Source: an uncultured cyanobacterium (GTDB lineage Bacteria > Cyanobacteriota > Cyanobacteriia > Cyanobacteriales > CAWCAG01). From it: 64,000 bases of DNA. The position numbers and the translations under genes are program-made. Under the pieces are notes generated by a model that had not been told where the DNA came from, did no database searches, and saw only the letters and a program-made list of their open reading frames with translations. Every line of letters starts with the position of its first letter. Position 1 is the stretch's first letter. This document shows, piece by piece, positions 41,744-50,329 of this stretch. The stretch lies in contig CAWDOD010000002.1 of assembly GCA_963803805.1 (NCBI GenBank), positions 672,001 through 736,000 on the forward strand, written 5' to 3'.

Positions 41744-44215
41744 ATGTTTGAACGCTTCACGGAAAAAGCCATTAAGGTGATCATGTTGGCTCAGGAAGAG
41801 GCACGTCGCCTGGGGCATAATTTTGTAGGTACTGAGCAGATTCTTTTGGGTCTGATCGGTGAAGGAACAGGGGTCGCAGCAAAGGTGCTGAAATCCATGG
41901 GTGTCAATCTCAAAGATGCTCGGATTGAAGTCGAAAAAATTATCGGCCGCGGCTCTGGCTTCGTAGCAGTAGAAATTCCTTTTACCCCCAGAGCAAAGCG
42001 AGTTCTAGAATTGTCTCTAGAAGAAGCTCGTCAACTCGGACACAACTACATTGGCACAGAACACTTACTCCTCGGATTGATTCGAGAAGGGGAAGGTGTG
42101 GCGGCTAGGGTGCTGGAGAATCTGGGAGTAGACCTATCAAAAGTACGTACCCAGGTGATCCGGATGTTAGGAGAAACAGCAGAAGTGCCTGCTGGAGGAA
42201 GTCAAGGTAGGACGAAAACCCCAACTCTCGATGAGTTTGGTACTAACCTGACTAACTTAGCATCAGAAGGAAAACTCGATCCAGTAGTAGGCCGCCAAAA
42301 AGAAATTGAAAGGGTAATTCAAATTCTCGGACGGCGTACCAAAAACAACCCCGTTTTGATTGGGGAGCCAGGAGTAGGAAAAACAGCGATCGCAGAGGGT
42401 TTAGCCCAGCGCATCGCTAATAATGACATTCCCGATATTTTAGAAGAGAAACGGGTTGTCACCCTTGATATTGGCTTGTTGGTGGCGGGAACTAAGTACC
42501 GAGGGGAATTTGAAGAGCGCCTCAAAAAGATTATGGATGAAATTCGTCAAGCCGGGAATGTCATCCTGGTGATTGACGAAGTACATACTCTAATTGGTGC
42601 AGGGGCCGCTGAAGGAGCTATTGATGCTGCCAATATCCTCAAACCAGCTTTAGCTAGAGGAGAATTGCAATGTATCGGTGCAACAACCCTCGATGAATAC
42701 CGTAAACATATTGAAAGGGATGCCGCCCTAGAGCGTCGTTTCCAACCAGTTATGGTAGGGGAACCAACCGTAGAAGAAACTATTGAAATTCTCTACGGTT
42801 TGCGCGATCGCTACGAACAACATCATAAATTAAAGATTCTTGATGAAGCTTTAGATGCGGCAGCTAAACTTTCTGACCGCTATATTTCTGATCGTTATTT
42901 ACCAGATAAGGCCATTGACTTAATTGATGAGGCTGGTTCTAGGGTAAGACTTATCAACTCCCAACTGCCCCCCGCAGCTAAGGAGTTGGATAAGGAAATG
43001 CGTCAGATCCTCAAACAAAAGGATGATGCGGTGCGGTCGCAAGATTTTGATAAAGCTGGGGAACTGCGCGATCGCGAAATGGAAATTAAAGCAGAAATTA
43101 GGGCGATCGCCTCAGCGAAAAAAGGGGAAGGGGAAGGGGAAGATGCCAACCCCATGGTAGATGCGGAGGAAATTGCTCACATTGTGGCTTCTTGGACAGG
43201 GGTTCCGGTGAATAAGCTCACCGAATCTGAGTCTGAGAAACTCCTCCATATGGAAGATACCCTTCACCAGCGCTTAATTGGTCAAGAAGAAGCGGTGAGG
43301 GCGGTTTCCCGCGCTATTCGTAGGGCTAGGGTTGGTTTGAAAAATCCTAATCGACCTATTGCTAGTTTTGTTTTCTCTGGTCCCACTGGGGTTGGTAAAA
43401 CTGAGTTGGCTAAATCTTTGGCAGCTTACTTCTTCGGCTCTGAAGATGCGATGATTCGCCTGGATATGTCGGAATTTATGGAGCGTCATACAGTTTCTAA
43501 GCTGATTGGTTCTCCTCCGGGATATGTCGGTTATAACGAAGGGGGGCAGTTAACCGAAGCAGTACGCCGTCGTCCTTATACTGTGGTGCTATTCGATGAA
43601 ATCGAAAAAGCCCACCCTGATGTGTTTAATATGCTGCTGCAAATCTTGGAAGATGGTCGTCTTACGGATGCTAAGGGGCGGACAGTAGACTTTAAGAATA
43701 CCTTGCTGATTATGACTTCTAATATCGGTTCTAAGGTGATTGAAAAAGGTGGCGGTGGTTTAGGATTTGAGTTTAGCGACGATTTGGCTGAATCTCAGTA
43801 CAACCGCATTCGTTCCTTGGTTAACGAAGAACTGAAACAGTACTTCCGTCCTGAGTTCCTTAACCGTTTGGATGAGATTATCGTCTTCCGTCAGCTTAAT
43901 AAGGAAGAGGTTAAAGAGATTGCCGAAATCTTACTTAAGGAAGTTTTCGGACGACTTACAGAGCAAGAAATTACTCTGGAAGTCAGCGATCGCTTTAAAG
44001 AGCGTTTAGTTGAGGAGGGTTACAATCCTGCCTATGGTGCTAGGCCTTTACGTCGCGCAATTATGCGTCTTTTAGAAGATGTCTTAGCAGAAGAAATTCT
44101 TTCTGCTCGCATTGGCGCAGGAGATACTGCCTACGTTGATGTTGATGATGATGGCAAGGTGAAAGTAACTGCTAGCGAAACTAAGCGAGATTTGATCGCT
44201 CAAGGTGCTGAGTAA
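41744..44215 (+). CDS. clpC: ATP-dependent Clp protease ATPase subunit ClpC
   Basis: [37 protein letters not shown]; two Walker A motifs ([16 protein letters not shown]). Confidence 0.98.
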   Translation: MFERFTEKAIKVIMLAQEEARRLGHNFVGTEQILLGLIGEGTGVAAKVLKSMGVNLKDARIEVEKIIGRGSGFVAVEIPFTPRAKRVLELSLEEARQLGHNYIGTEHLLLGLIREGEGVAARVLENLGVDLSKVRTQVIRMLGETAEVPAGGSQGRTKTPTLDEFGTNLTNLASEGKLDPVVGRQKEIERVIQILGRRTKNNPVLIGEPGVGKTAIAEGLAQRIANNDIPDILEEKRVVTLDIGLLVAGTKYRGEFEERLKKIMDEIRQAGNVILVIDEVHTLIGAGAAEGAIDAANILKPALARGELQCIGATTLDEYRKHIERDAALERRFQPVMVGEPTVEETIEILYGLRDRYEQHHKLKILDEALDAAAKLSDRYISDRYLPDKAIDLIDEAGSRVRLINSQLPPAAKELDKEMRQILKQKDDAVRSQDFDKAGELRDREMEIKAEIRAIASAKKGEGEGEDANPMVDAEEIAHIVASWTGVPVNKLTESESEKLLHMEDTLHQRLIGQEEAVRAVSRAIRRARVGLKNPNRPIASFVFSGPTGVGKTELAKSLAAYFFGSEDAMIRLDMSEFMERHTVSKLIGSPPGYVGYNEGGQLTEAVRRRPYTVVLFDEIEKAHPDVFNMLLQILEDGRLTDAKGRTVDFKNTLLIMTSNIGSKVIEKGGGGLGFEFSDDLAESQYNRIRSLVNEELKQYFRPEFLNRLDEIIVFRQLNKEEVKEIAEILLKEVFGRLTEQEITLEVSDRFKERLVEEGYNPAYGARPLRRAIMRLLEDVLAEEILSARIGAGDTAYVDVDDDGKVKVTASETKRDLIAQGAE

Positions 44216-44239
44216 GTAGTAGCACAACATAGTTAATTT

Positions 44240-44278
44240 AAACAGTGGGAAGTTGGTTGATTTTCCCACTGTTTTTTT
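44240..44278 (+). terminator. Intrinsic terminator after clpC
   Basis: AAACAGTGGGAA...TTCCCACTGTTT stem followed by a T-run. Confidence 0.75.
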
Positions 44279-44322
44279 ATGAATCTTTTCGGGTTAATGT
44301 TAATAATTACGAGGCTAAACTT

Positions 44323-44616
44323 ATGACTCCAAACCTTAAAGCTGCGATCGCAGCCATTAAACCACTTTCACCTGTAGAGCGTCAGCAACTGCTACAAATT
44401 CTTAACCAGGATATTCCAAATCCTGACTACCAAGCTGATTTGGTAAACCTCAGTAGCCAATTTTGGCAAGGTGTTACTTTAAAGCAATTATGCACTAATC
44501 AAACACCCAAGACCATTTTTAATATCAAAGATTTAGCTGCTGATTTTTGGATAGAAGAGGATTCCATAGAAGATTTTCTGGTTTTTCTTCGACAACAACG
44601 ACAAGAAGCCATTTAG
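44323..44616 (+). CDS. Small hypothetical protein (possibly antitoxin-like)
   Basis: MTPNLKAAIAAIKPLSPVERQQLLQIL...DFW.EEDSIEDFL.FLRQQR; ATG 44323 with GAGG upstream. Confidence 0.6.
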   Translation: MTPNLKAAIAAIKPLSPVERQQLLQILNQDIPNPDYQADLVNLSSQFWQGVTLKQLCTNQTPKTIFNIKDLAADFWIEEDSIEDFLVFLRQQRQEAI

Positions 44617-44657
44617 CTAAAGCTCTATACTGAAAGTGAGCTTCTAGGACAAATTAC

Positions 44658-44972
44658 ATGACAGCAGTCATTTCAGAACATATTGACATTACCCCAGGCG
44701 TATGTGGTGGTAAACCACGTATTGCTGGACATCGGATTAGAGTACAAGATATTGCTATTTGGCACGAACAGATGGGAATGTCTCCTGATGAAATTGTCTC
44801 GCGCCATCCTAGTATTACTTTGGCAGATGTCTACGCCGCCTTAGCTTATTACCATGACCATTTTGAAGAGATTAGAACAGCCATTCGAGAAAGTGAGACT
44901 TTTGTGCAGAAGTTGCAAGAAACTATTCCTTCTAAAGTACAGCAGAAGTTAAGAGGCACAATAGTCCCTTGA
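44658..44972 (+). CDS. DUF433 family putative antitoxin
   Basis: HIDITPGVCGGKPRIAGHRIRVQDI...GMSPDEI...TLADVYAALAYYHDH. Confidence 0.9.
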   Translation: MTAVISEHIDITPGVCGGKPRIAGHRIRVQDIAIWHEQMGMSPDEIVSRHPSITLADVYAALAYYHDHFEEIRTAIRESETFVQKLQETIPSKVQQKLRGTIVP

Positions 44973-45052
44973 TTAGTGAAATAGTGCGGGGATTAGTTTT
45001 GATTTGGGAAGTATTAAAGCAGCAAGAGATTTTGCTAGATTGTTTGTTATAG
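44972..45052 (+). pseudogene. C-terminal remnant of a DUF5615-type toxin
   Basis: Own translation ISEIVRGLVLIWEVLKQQEI..., resembling the last helix of DUF5615 proteins, directly after the DUF433 gene. Confidence 0.45.
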
Positions 45053-45059
45053 CCAGCGA

Positions 45060-45470
45060 ATGAGAGATAAATTTCACAATGCTGTAAAACACGGACTAGA
45101 AAAGGATGGCTGGACAATTACTGATGATCCTCTGAGGATTAGGTCTGGCCGAGTTGATATGCAAATAGATTTAGGGGCTGAGAGATTACTGGCAGCAACA
45201 AAAGGAAACGAAAAAATTGCTGTTGAGATAAAAAGCTTTACCAATCCATCTAATATTTCTGAGTTCCATACGGCTCTGGGACAATTTTTAAATTACCAAG
45301 TTGCTTTAGAAGAGCGTAACTCAGAATTTAACTTGTTCCTAGCAGTACCGATTGGCACATTCAGAACTTTCTTTAGCTTGCCATTTGTGCAAACGGTAGT
45401 TAAGCGTTTCCAACTTAGTCTCTTGGTTTATGACCCATCCGAAGAGGTGATTTTAGAATGGAAAAAGTAA
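45060..45470 (+). CDS. xisH: XisH family protein
   Basis: DKFHNAVK..LEKDGWTITDDP...IDLGAE...KIAVEIKSF...FHTALGQFLNY. Confidence 0.92.
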   Translation: MRDKFHNAVKHGLEKDGWTITDDPLRIRSGRVDMQIDLGAERLLAATKGNEKIAVEIKSFTNPSNISEFHTALGQFLNYQVALEERNSEFNLFLAVPIGTFRTFFSLPFVQTVVKRFQLSLLVYDPSEEVILEWKK

Positions 45471-45793
45471 TCCAATATCGCCAATATATTAAACAACTTT
45501 TGAGGGATTATGCCAGTAAAAGTCCATCTGATCAAGATGTGGAAACTGCATTAATCTTTGACTCAGATCATGACCATTATCAAGTTGTTTACACAGGCTG
45601 GAAGAATCGCCAACCAATGTATGGTTGTGTTCTACACTTCAGCATCAAAAATGCCAAAATTTGGATACATCATGATGGCACTGAAATTGGTTTTGCTAAC
45701 GAATTTGTTAAGTTGGGAGTACCGAAGAGCGATATTGTACTAGCATTTCAAGAACCTGCTATGCGACAATACACTGATTTTGCAGTGGGCTAG
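45458..45793 (+). CDS. xisI: XisI family protein
   Basis: YRQYIKQLL...IFD..HDHYQ....GW...YGCVLH..IKN.KIWIHHDGTE.G.A.E....GVPKSDIVLAF. Confidence 0.92.
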   Translation: MEKVIQYRQYIKQLLRDYASKSPSDQDVETALIFDSDHDHYQVVYTGWKNRQPMYGCVLHFSIKNAKIWIHHDGTEIGFANEFVKLGVPKSDIVLAFQEPAMRQYTDFAVG

Positions 45794-45894
45794 TAGTTTG
45801 TCAATTTTCAATTGACGGGTAAGGGGTCAAGGGGAAAGGTTAAGGGAAATGAAGAATTTAGAATTATTACCCCATTTTGGATTGTGCCTTTATT

Positions 45895-46104
45895 ATCTCT
45901 GTTGCGGAACGATTCATTTGCCATACAGTATAACTAATACTTATTACTTAGCCATTCATTCCTGTTACGGAGCCATTCATTTGACTTACTATATAATTCA
46001 TTCTTATTACGCAATGATTCATTCATAATACGGAATGATTTATTTGACTTACGGAACGATTTATTTGACTTAATGTATAATCAAATCTTATTACATAACT
46101 AATT
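45895..46104. repeat. Tandem array of ten degenerate 21-bp units
   Basis: Period 21 without indels, consensus about ATTYKWxTTACGGAAyGATTC, e.g. ATTTGACTTACGGAACGATTT, ATTCCTGTTACGGAGCCATTC, ATTCTTATTACGCAATGATTC. Confidence 0.85.
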
Positions 46105-48108
46105 ATTTTTCTTACTGAACCATCTTTTCACTAAAGACAATAGCCTATCTCTCCAATTCTCTACTTTCCCCATCCTCCTCAGAAGGGAAGCCAAATTATT
46201 CCGAGTAGCCACCGTATTGGGATGATTTTTACCTAAGACCTTTTCACATAACTCTAAAGCCTGTAGTAAAAAAGGTTCAGCCTCTTCGTACCTCCCTTGG
46301 TCATAGTAGAGTACTGCCAGGTTGTTAACACTGGTTGCTACATGAGGGTGTTCTTCTCCCAAGAGTTTTATTCTTAGGTATAAGGCTTGTTGATACAAAG
46401 GTTCAGCCTCCTCGTACTTCCCTTGGTCATTGTAGAGTAATGCCAGGTTATTGACACTGCTTGCCACATGAGGATGGTCATCTTCCAGAAGTCTTCTTAA
46501 GGCTTGTTGATACAAAGATTCAGCCTCCTCGTACCTCCCTTGGTTATCGTAGAGTAATGCCAGGTTGTTGAGACTGGATGCTACATCAGGGTGGTCATTT
46601 CCTAGGAGTTTCTTTCTTAGGTCTAAAGCTTGTAGATACAAAGGTTCAGCCTCCTCGTACCTCCCTTGGTTATCGTAGAGTAATGCCAGGTTGTTGAGAC
46701 TGGTTGCTACATAAGGGTGGTCATTTCCTAAGCGTGCTTTGGTTTTTTCTAAGCATTGTTTTCTATGGGGTAGTGCCTGTTGATAAATACCTTGCCCTTC
46801 GTAAAAACGAGCCATACCCACAAAAGGCCAAATTAAATCTTCATCCTCGACAAATTCAGTCCAACTTGCTAAAACCTCTCCTAAATGGGGAATTGCCCCC
46901 GTAAACTTGGCTACATCTTCTAGGGTTGTTGTCTCAGGTATCTCCTTCGCTACAGCCACCATCACCTTACAGAAACTCTCCTTCAACCTCGCACAACCCT
47001 CCAACTCCCCTAACTTCTCCCGCAAAAACTCATGAATCAAAGAATGAAGTTCATAACTCCCTTTACCCTTCCTTTGCAACAAACTAGCTTCCAACAAAAC
47101 CTCATCCCGGATATCTTCCAACTCCTCCTTATCCTCATTCGGTAAACAACTCTCCACCAAACCCCAAGCAAAAGGCGCAACAGCAAACACACTCAACAAA
47201 CAAGCCACCTCCTGGGCAGACTCATTTAACTCCTGCCAACTCAACTCAAAGGCTGCCCTCACTCCCCTTTTTGCCGTCATATCTCCTGGGATTTTCGTCA
47301 ATGCCCTCTGGCTTAACTTCTTCTGTTGCAAACGCTGTTGCATCTCCCCCAAAGATAAATCCTGCTTCCCCTTGAGATAACGCCCCACCAACTCTATCCC
47401 TAAAGGCAAATATCCCAACCACTCACAGATTCTTTTAGCTGTTTCCCTTTCCCTATCTATCCTTTCTTCTACCTCTACCAAAAACTCCAACAACTCCAAA
47501 GCCGCAGCTTCTGTTAATACCTGCAACTCCAAATTGGTAAAGCCTGCGGTTAAACCCTGTTGCCTGGTGGTGACTAAAACCTTAAATCGATTTTCTGTGG
47601 GTAAATAGGGACGGAGGTTTTTGAAGTTAATTACATCGTCCAAAATTAATAAAACTTCCCCAGGAAACCAATTATCCCAGCAATATTGCACCTGGGTGGT
47701 TAAATCCACATCCTTGGGAATGTTTAACTTTCGGTAAGTTAACCCTAATTCAATAATCTGTGCTGGTAAGTCCTTATCCCTGACATCTAACCAACAAATA
47801 CCCCCAGGATAGGTATTCTCTTCCCGATATTGATAGGCATATTGAATAGCTAATTCCGTTTTGCCAATACCCCCCATCCCCGTAACGGCAGTGATGGCAA
47901 CCTTTTCCTTTTCCTGTAATTCTTGGTGTAGGGTTTTTAATTCTTCTTTTCTACCGACAAACTTAGCAGTAGGGAAAGGAATAGAGAAAGGAGGTTTACT
48001 TTCCTTTTCGGGGTAATTATATTGATGAATTTCCTGCTTGATGTTGCTATTAACCGCCTTACCAACACCAGTAAAGTTTTTGATCTCGTCCCCTTGATTT
48101 TCTGCCAT
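46099..48108 (-). CDS. NLR-like STAND protein: short N-terminal motif - NB-ARC ATPase - 42-aa TPR repeats
   Basis: FVGR..EL, Walker A GMGGIGKT, Walker B LLILDDV, LVTTR, GYLPLGI, YELHSLI; kinesin-light-chain-type TPRs HPxVAxSxNNLAxLYxxQGxYEEAE. Confidence 0.92.
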   Translation of the reverse strand: MAENQGDEIKNFTGVGKAVNSNIKQEIHQYNYPEKESKPPFSIPFPTAKFVGRKEELKTLHQELQEKEKVAITAVTGMGGIGKTELAIQYAYQYREENTYPGGICWLDVRDKDLPAQIIELGLTYRKLNIPKDVDLTTQVQYCWDNWFPGEVLLILDDVINFKNLRPYLPTENRFKVLVTTRQQGLTAGFTNLELQVLTEAAALELLEFLVEVEERIDRERETAKRICEWLGYLPLGIELVGRYLKGKQDLSLGEMQQRLQQKKLSQRALTKIPGDMTAKRGVRAAFELSWQELNESAQEVACLLSVFAVAPFAWGLVESCLPNEDKEELEDIRDEVLLEASLLQRKGKGSYELHSLIHEFLREKLGELEGCARLKESFCKVMVAVAKEIPETTTLEDVAKFTGAIPHLGEVLASWTEFVEDEDLIWPFVGMARFYEGQGIYQQALPHRKQCLEKTKARLGNDHPYVATSLNNLALLYDNQGRYEEAEPLYLQALDLRKKLLGNDHPDVASSLNNLALLYDNQGRYEEAESLYQQALRRLLEDDHPHVASSVNNLALLYNDQGKYEEAEPLYQQALYLRIKLLGEEHPHVATSVNNLAVLYYDQGRYEEAEPFLLQALELCEKVLGKNHPNTVATRNNLASLLRRMGKVENWRDRLLSLVKRWFSKKNN

Positions 48109-48192
48109 TGGCTTTAGATGATTAAGTAATGGTTTTTCCTACACCCCAATGGTTTCAATCCACTTATTCTAACCTTGAAAAAATCAACCATT

Positions 48193-48494
48193 TGTAGGGG
48201 CGACCCGTTGATATCAACCTGGCTACTGACAAATCAATTACATTGGGTCGCCTGCACCACCAATAATTACTGGTCAGGGCGACCCATTATATTGAGGGGT
48301 GGGTGACTAAAACAAGGAAAGCGGGTCGCCCCTACATATCACTAATTTTTTGATTTTTACCTTGACATTCAAGACAATCATGGTGGGCAAAGAAATCAGT
48401 TTTGATTTACACCCAATCGTTTGATATTAATTTGCCTACCCTACCAAGAACTTTAAATTCTTGTTCCCCCAGAATTGGGGGTTAGGGGGCAAAA
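48193..48494. repeat. Cluster of REP-like palindromic repeats
   Basis: TGTAGGGGCGACCCG (48193-207) / CGGGTCGCCCCTACA (48322-36) with inner partial copies at 48244-54 and 48275-86; GGTGGGCAAA / TTTGCCTACCCTAC (48382-48444); TTCCCCCAGAATTGGGGGTTAGGGGGC (within 48461-94). Confidence 0.8.
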
Positions 48495-48503
48495 CGATCA
48501 AAT

Positions 48504-48932
48504 TTATTCTACCTGTTTAACTTCCTCAGCCTCCGAAGCAGGCAACCCAGGTAATTCAATCTCAAACTTATCTGATAACTCTAAAACATTATTAGTAAAA
48601 TCCGTTGCCGTCGCCACCGCACCACTAAGGGGCATCGAAACTGCTAAAAGTGCTGCCAAACCAGCCTTGAGCTTAAAACGCTTCTTCTTCTCATCAGGAT
48701 TATTCACCTGTTGTTGTAAATCTTCTAAATGACTTTCTGCTTCTTCCCTTTGTTCGTCAGGAAAACTCTTAGCTAAATTAGATAACGAATCAATTAAGCG
48801 AATAATCTCAGCTAAATCCTGTTTCTCATTCTTATTGATGTTGTTTAAATTCTGAGTAACTGTCCCCCCTGAAACTTTACCAATACCGACAAAGTCCTGA
48901 ATTGTATCCCCAGAAGAATTTTTGTTAACCAT
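48504..48932 (-). CDS. Small protein: N-terminal motif shared with the adjacent NLR, plus a helical domain with a hydrophobic segment (candidate effector)
   Basis: ATG 48932 preceded by AGAGGA; GDTIQDFVGIGKVSGGTVTQNLNN then helices and LKAGLAALLAVSMPLSGAVATA. Confidence 0.75.
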   Translation of the reverse strand: MVNKNSSGDTIQDFVGIGKVSGGTVTQNLNNINKNEKQDLAEIIRLIDSLSNLAKSFPDEQREEAESHLEDLQQQVNNPDEKKKRFKLKAGLAALLAVSMPLSGAVATATDFTNNVLELSDKFEIELPGLPASEAEEVKQVE

Positions 48933-49000
48933 AACTATCCTCTTTACTTGCGATCGCACTGGTTAAATTCATTCTAAAACTTTTAAGAAGCGGGTTTTTC

Positions 49001-49651
49001 TTAACCGGATTTGATATTATTTCCTAATCTCTTCAAAACCCTTAACACCTCATAAAGCTCATTTTGCAGAGGTAAAAGGGAAAAAATACGAGAAATATCA
49101 TATTGCGGTGTTCCCTGACGACTTAATTTCAGAAAGAAGAACTCTCCCCCGTTAGTTGCTATAGCAAACACTGGCTTTTCCCTATCAGGACTAGCCATCA
49201 TATAAGCTAAAGTTTGAGGAATTGCTAGATCAAGGTTAACTTCTTTCCCTTTAGATTCTAAAACAGCTATCCATAATCCTTGAGATACTACTAAAAAATC
49301 AACTCTCCCTCGTAAAACTTCATCAGAAACTTCGCTTTTAGCCACAGATGTACTAACTTCAACCGCAACTTCTCCTTGCATCTGAAACGGAGGATCATAA
49401 AAACCAGCTAATTCTAATAAAGGTGATAAAACTAGTAAGTTAACTAAACTTTCAGCTAAATTACCGTTCGCTCTATGATAGCGATATCTAGCTTTAATTC
49501 TGTCTAAAACGGCTTTTTCTGCCTCAGTTAAAGCGGCTAGATTTTGCTGCCATTCGGTAAAAAAGTCAACATCAGCACTACGAACTAAATTAAAATGCCG
49601 CTCTGCTTCTGCAATAGTGGTAATTCTTTTGGTAATTGCTGTTTGAGCCAT
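49001..49651 (-). CDS. Type I restriction enzyme HsdR_N-like (PD-(D/E)XK) protein
   Basis: LSPLLELAGFYDPPF, LRGRVDFLV, VLESK, AIPQTLAYM, TNGGEFFFLKL. Confidence 0.8.
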   Translation of the reverse strand: MAQTAITKRITTIAEAERHFNLVRSADVDFFTEWQQNLAALTEAEKAVLDRIKARYRYHRANGNLAESLVNLLVLSPLLELAGFYDPPFQMQGEVAVEVSTSVAKSEVSDEVLRGRVDFLVVSQGLWIAVLESKGKEVNLDLAIPQTLAYMMASPDREKPVFAIATNGGEFFFLKLSRQGTPQYDISRIFSLLPLQNELYEVLRVLKRLGNNIKSG

Positions 49652-49705
49652 TGGGATTAAAGATAAACTCTACTGGTATAGTTTCCTAGAATATCTTTAT
49701 TTGGA

Positions 49706-50209
49706 GTGGTGATGGTGCTACGAGACGAGCCTTTAGATTGGGAAGTTAACGGAGAAAAACAGTTCTTACCAGTTTATTACCAAGGTGAAATTGTTGGTTT
49801 CTTACAACCGGAATATGCTAAACAGGTTGTGAGATTTTTTAACGAGGAGATTCGGCAAAATAAAGCCTTAGAAAAAGCCTGTCGTGACCTAATTATTGAG
49901 CGGGGAGGGGATTTAAGGGAAGTATCTGAGTTGGCAAAAAGTTATAGAAATCAAGTGGAAAGACCGAAATATGGTACAAAGGCGATCGCAATTCTTTTAA
50001 GAGAGAGGCAAAAAGAACTAGATGTAAGTAAGAAGGACTTTATTCGCTTTTGCGATTCCTACAAGTTATCCTTAGATGATCTTAAGGATATTTACAGCGA
50101 CAAAGAGATTAAGGATAGTTCTATTTTGCCCTTAGCTCGTATCTTAGGTAAAACCCCTAGAGAGGTAAAAGTAGTCCGAGATGGTTGTCCCCCGGAAGAA
50201 GAAATTTAA
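49706..50209 (+). CDS. Conserved cyanobacterial hypothetical protein
   Basis: 167-aa ORF; RPKYGTKAIAILLRERQKELDVS..DF.RFCDSYKLS pattern; no function recognised. Confidence 0.65.
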   Translation: MVMVLRDEPLDWEVNGEKQFLPVYYQGEIVGFLQPEYAKQVVRFFNEEIRQNKALEKACRDLIIERGGDLREVSELAKSYRNQVERPKYGTKAIAILLRERQKELDVSKKDFIRFCDSYKLSLDDLKDIYSDKEIKDSSILPLARILGKTPREVKVVRDGCPPEEEI

Positions 50210-50329
50210 TCTGTTTGCGATAAATAATTGTTCGGCTTGCGGTTGTAGTAGAGAATCATTGATAACTGCTCACCGATACAAAACGTTTATAATTATTGAA
50301 AACCGTTAGTAATTTATTCCTATTAATCT

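Noticed and set aside
45060-45793. xisH/xisI as evidence of an fdxN-type excision element
   Set aside because: No serine recombinase or interrupted gene nearby; stand-alone xisHI pairs are common in cyanobacteria
45895-46104. Possible CRISPR array
   Set aside because: Units are contiguous 21-mers with no unique spacers, and there are no cas genes in the window
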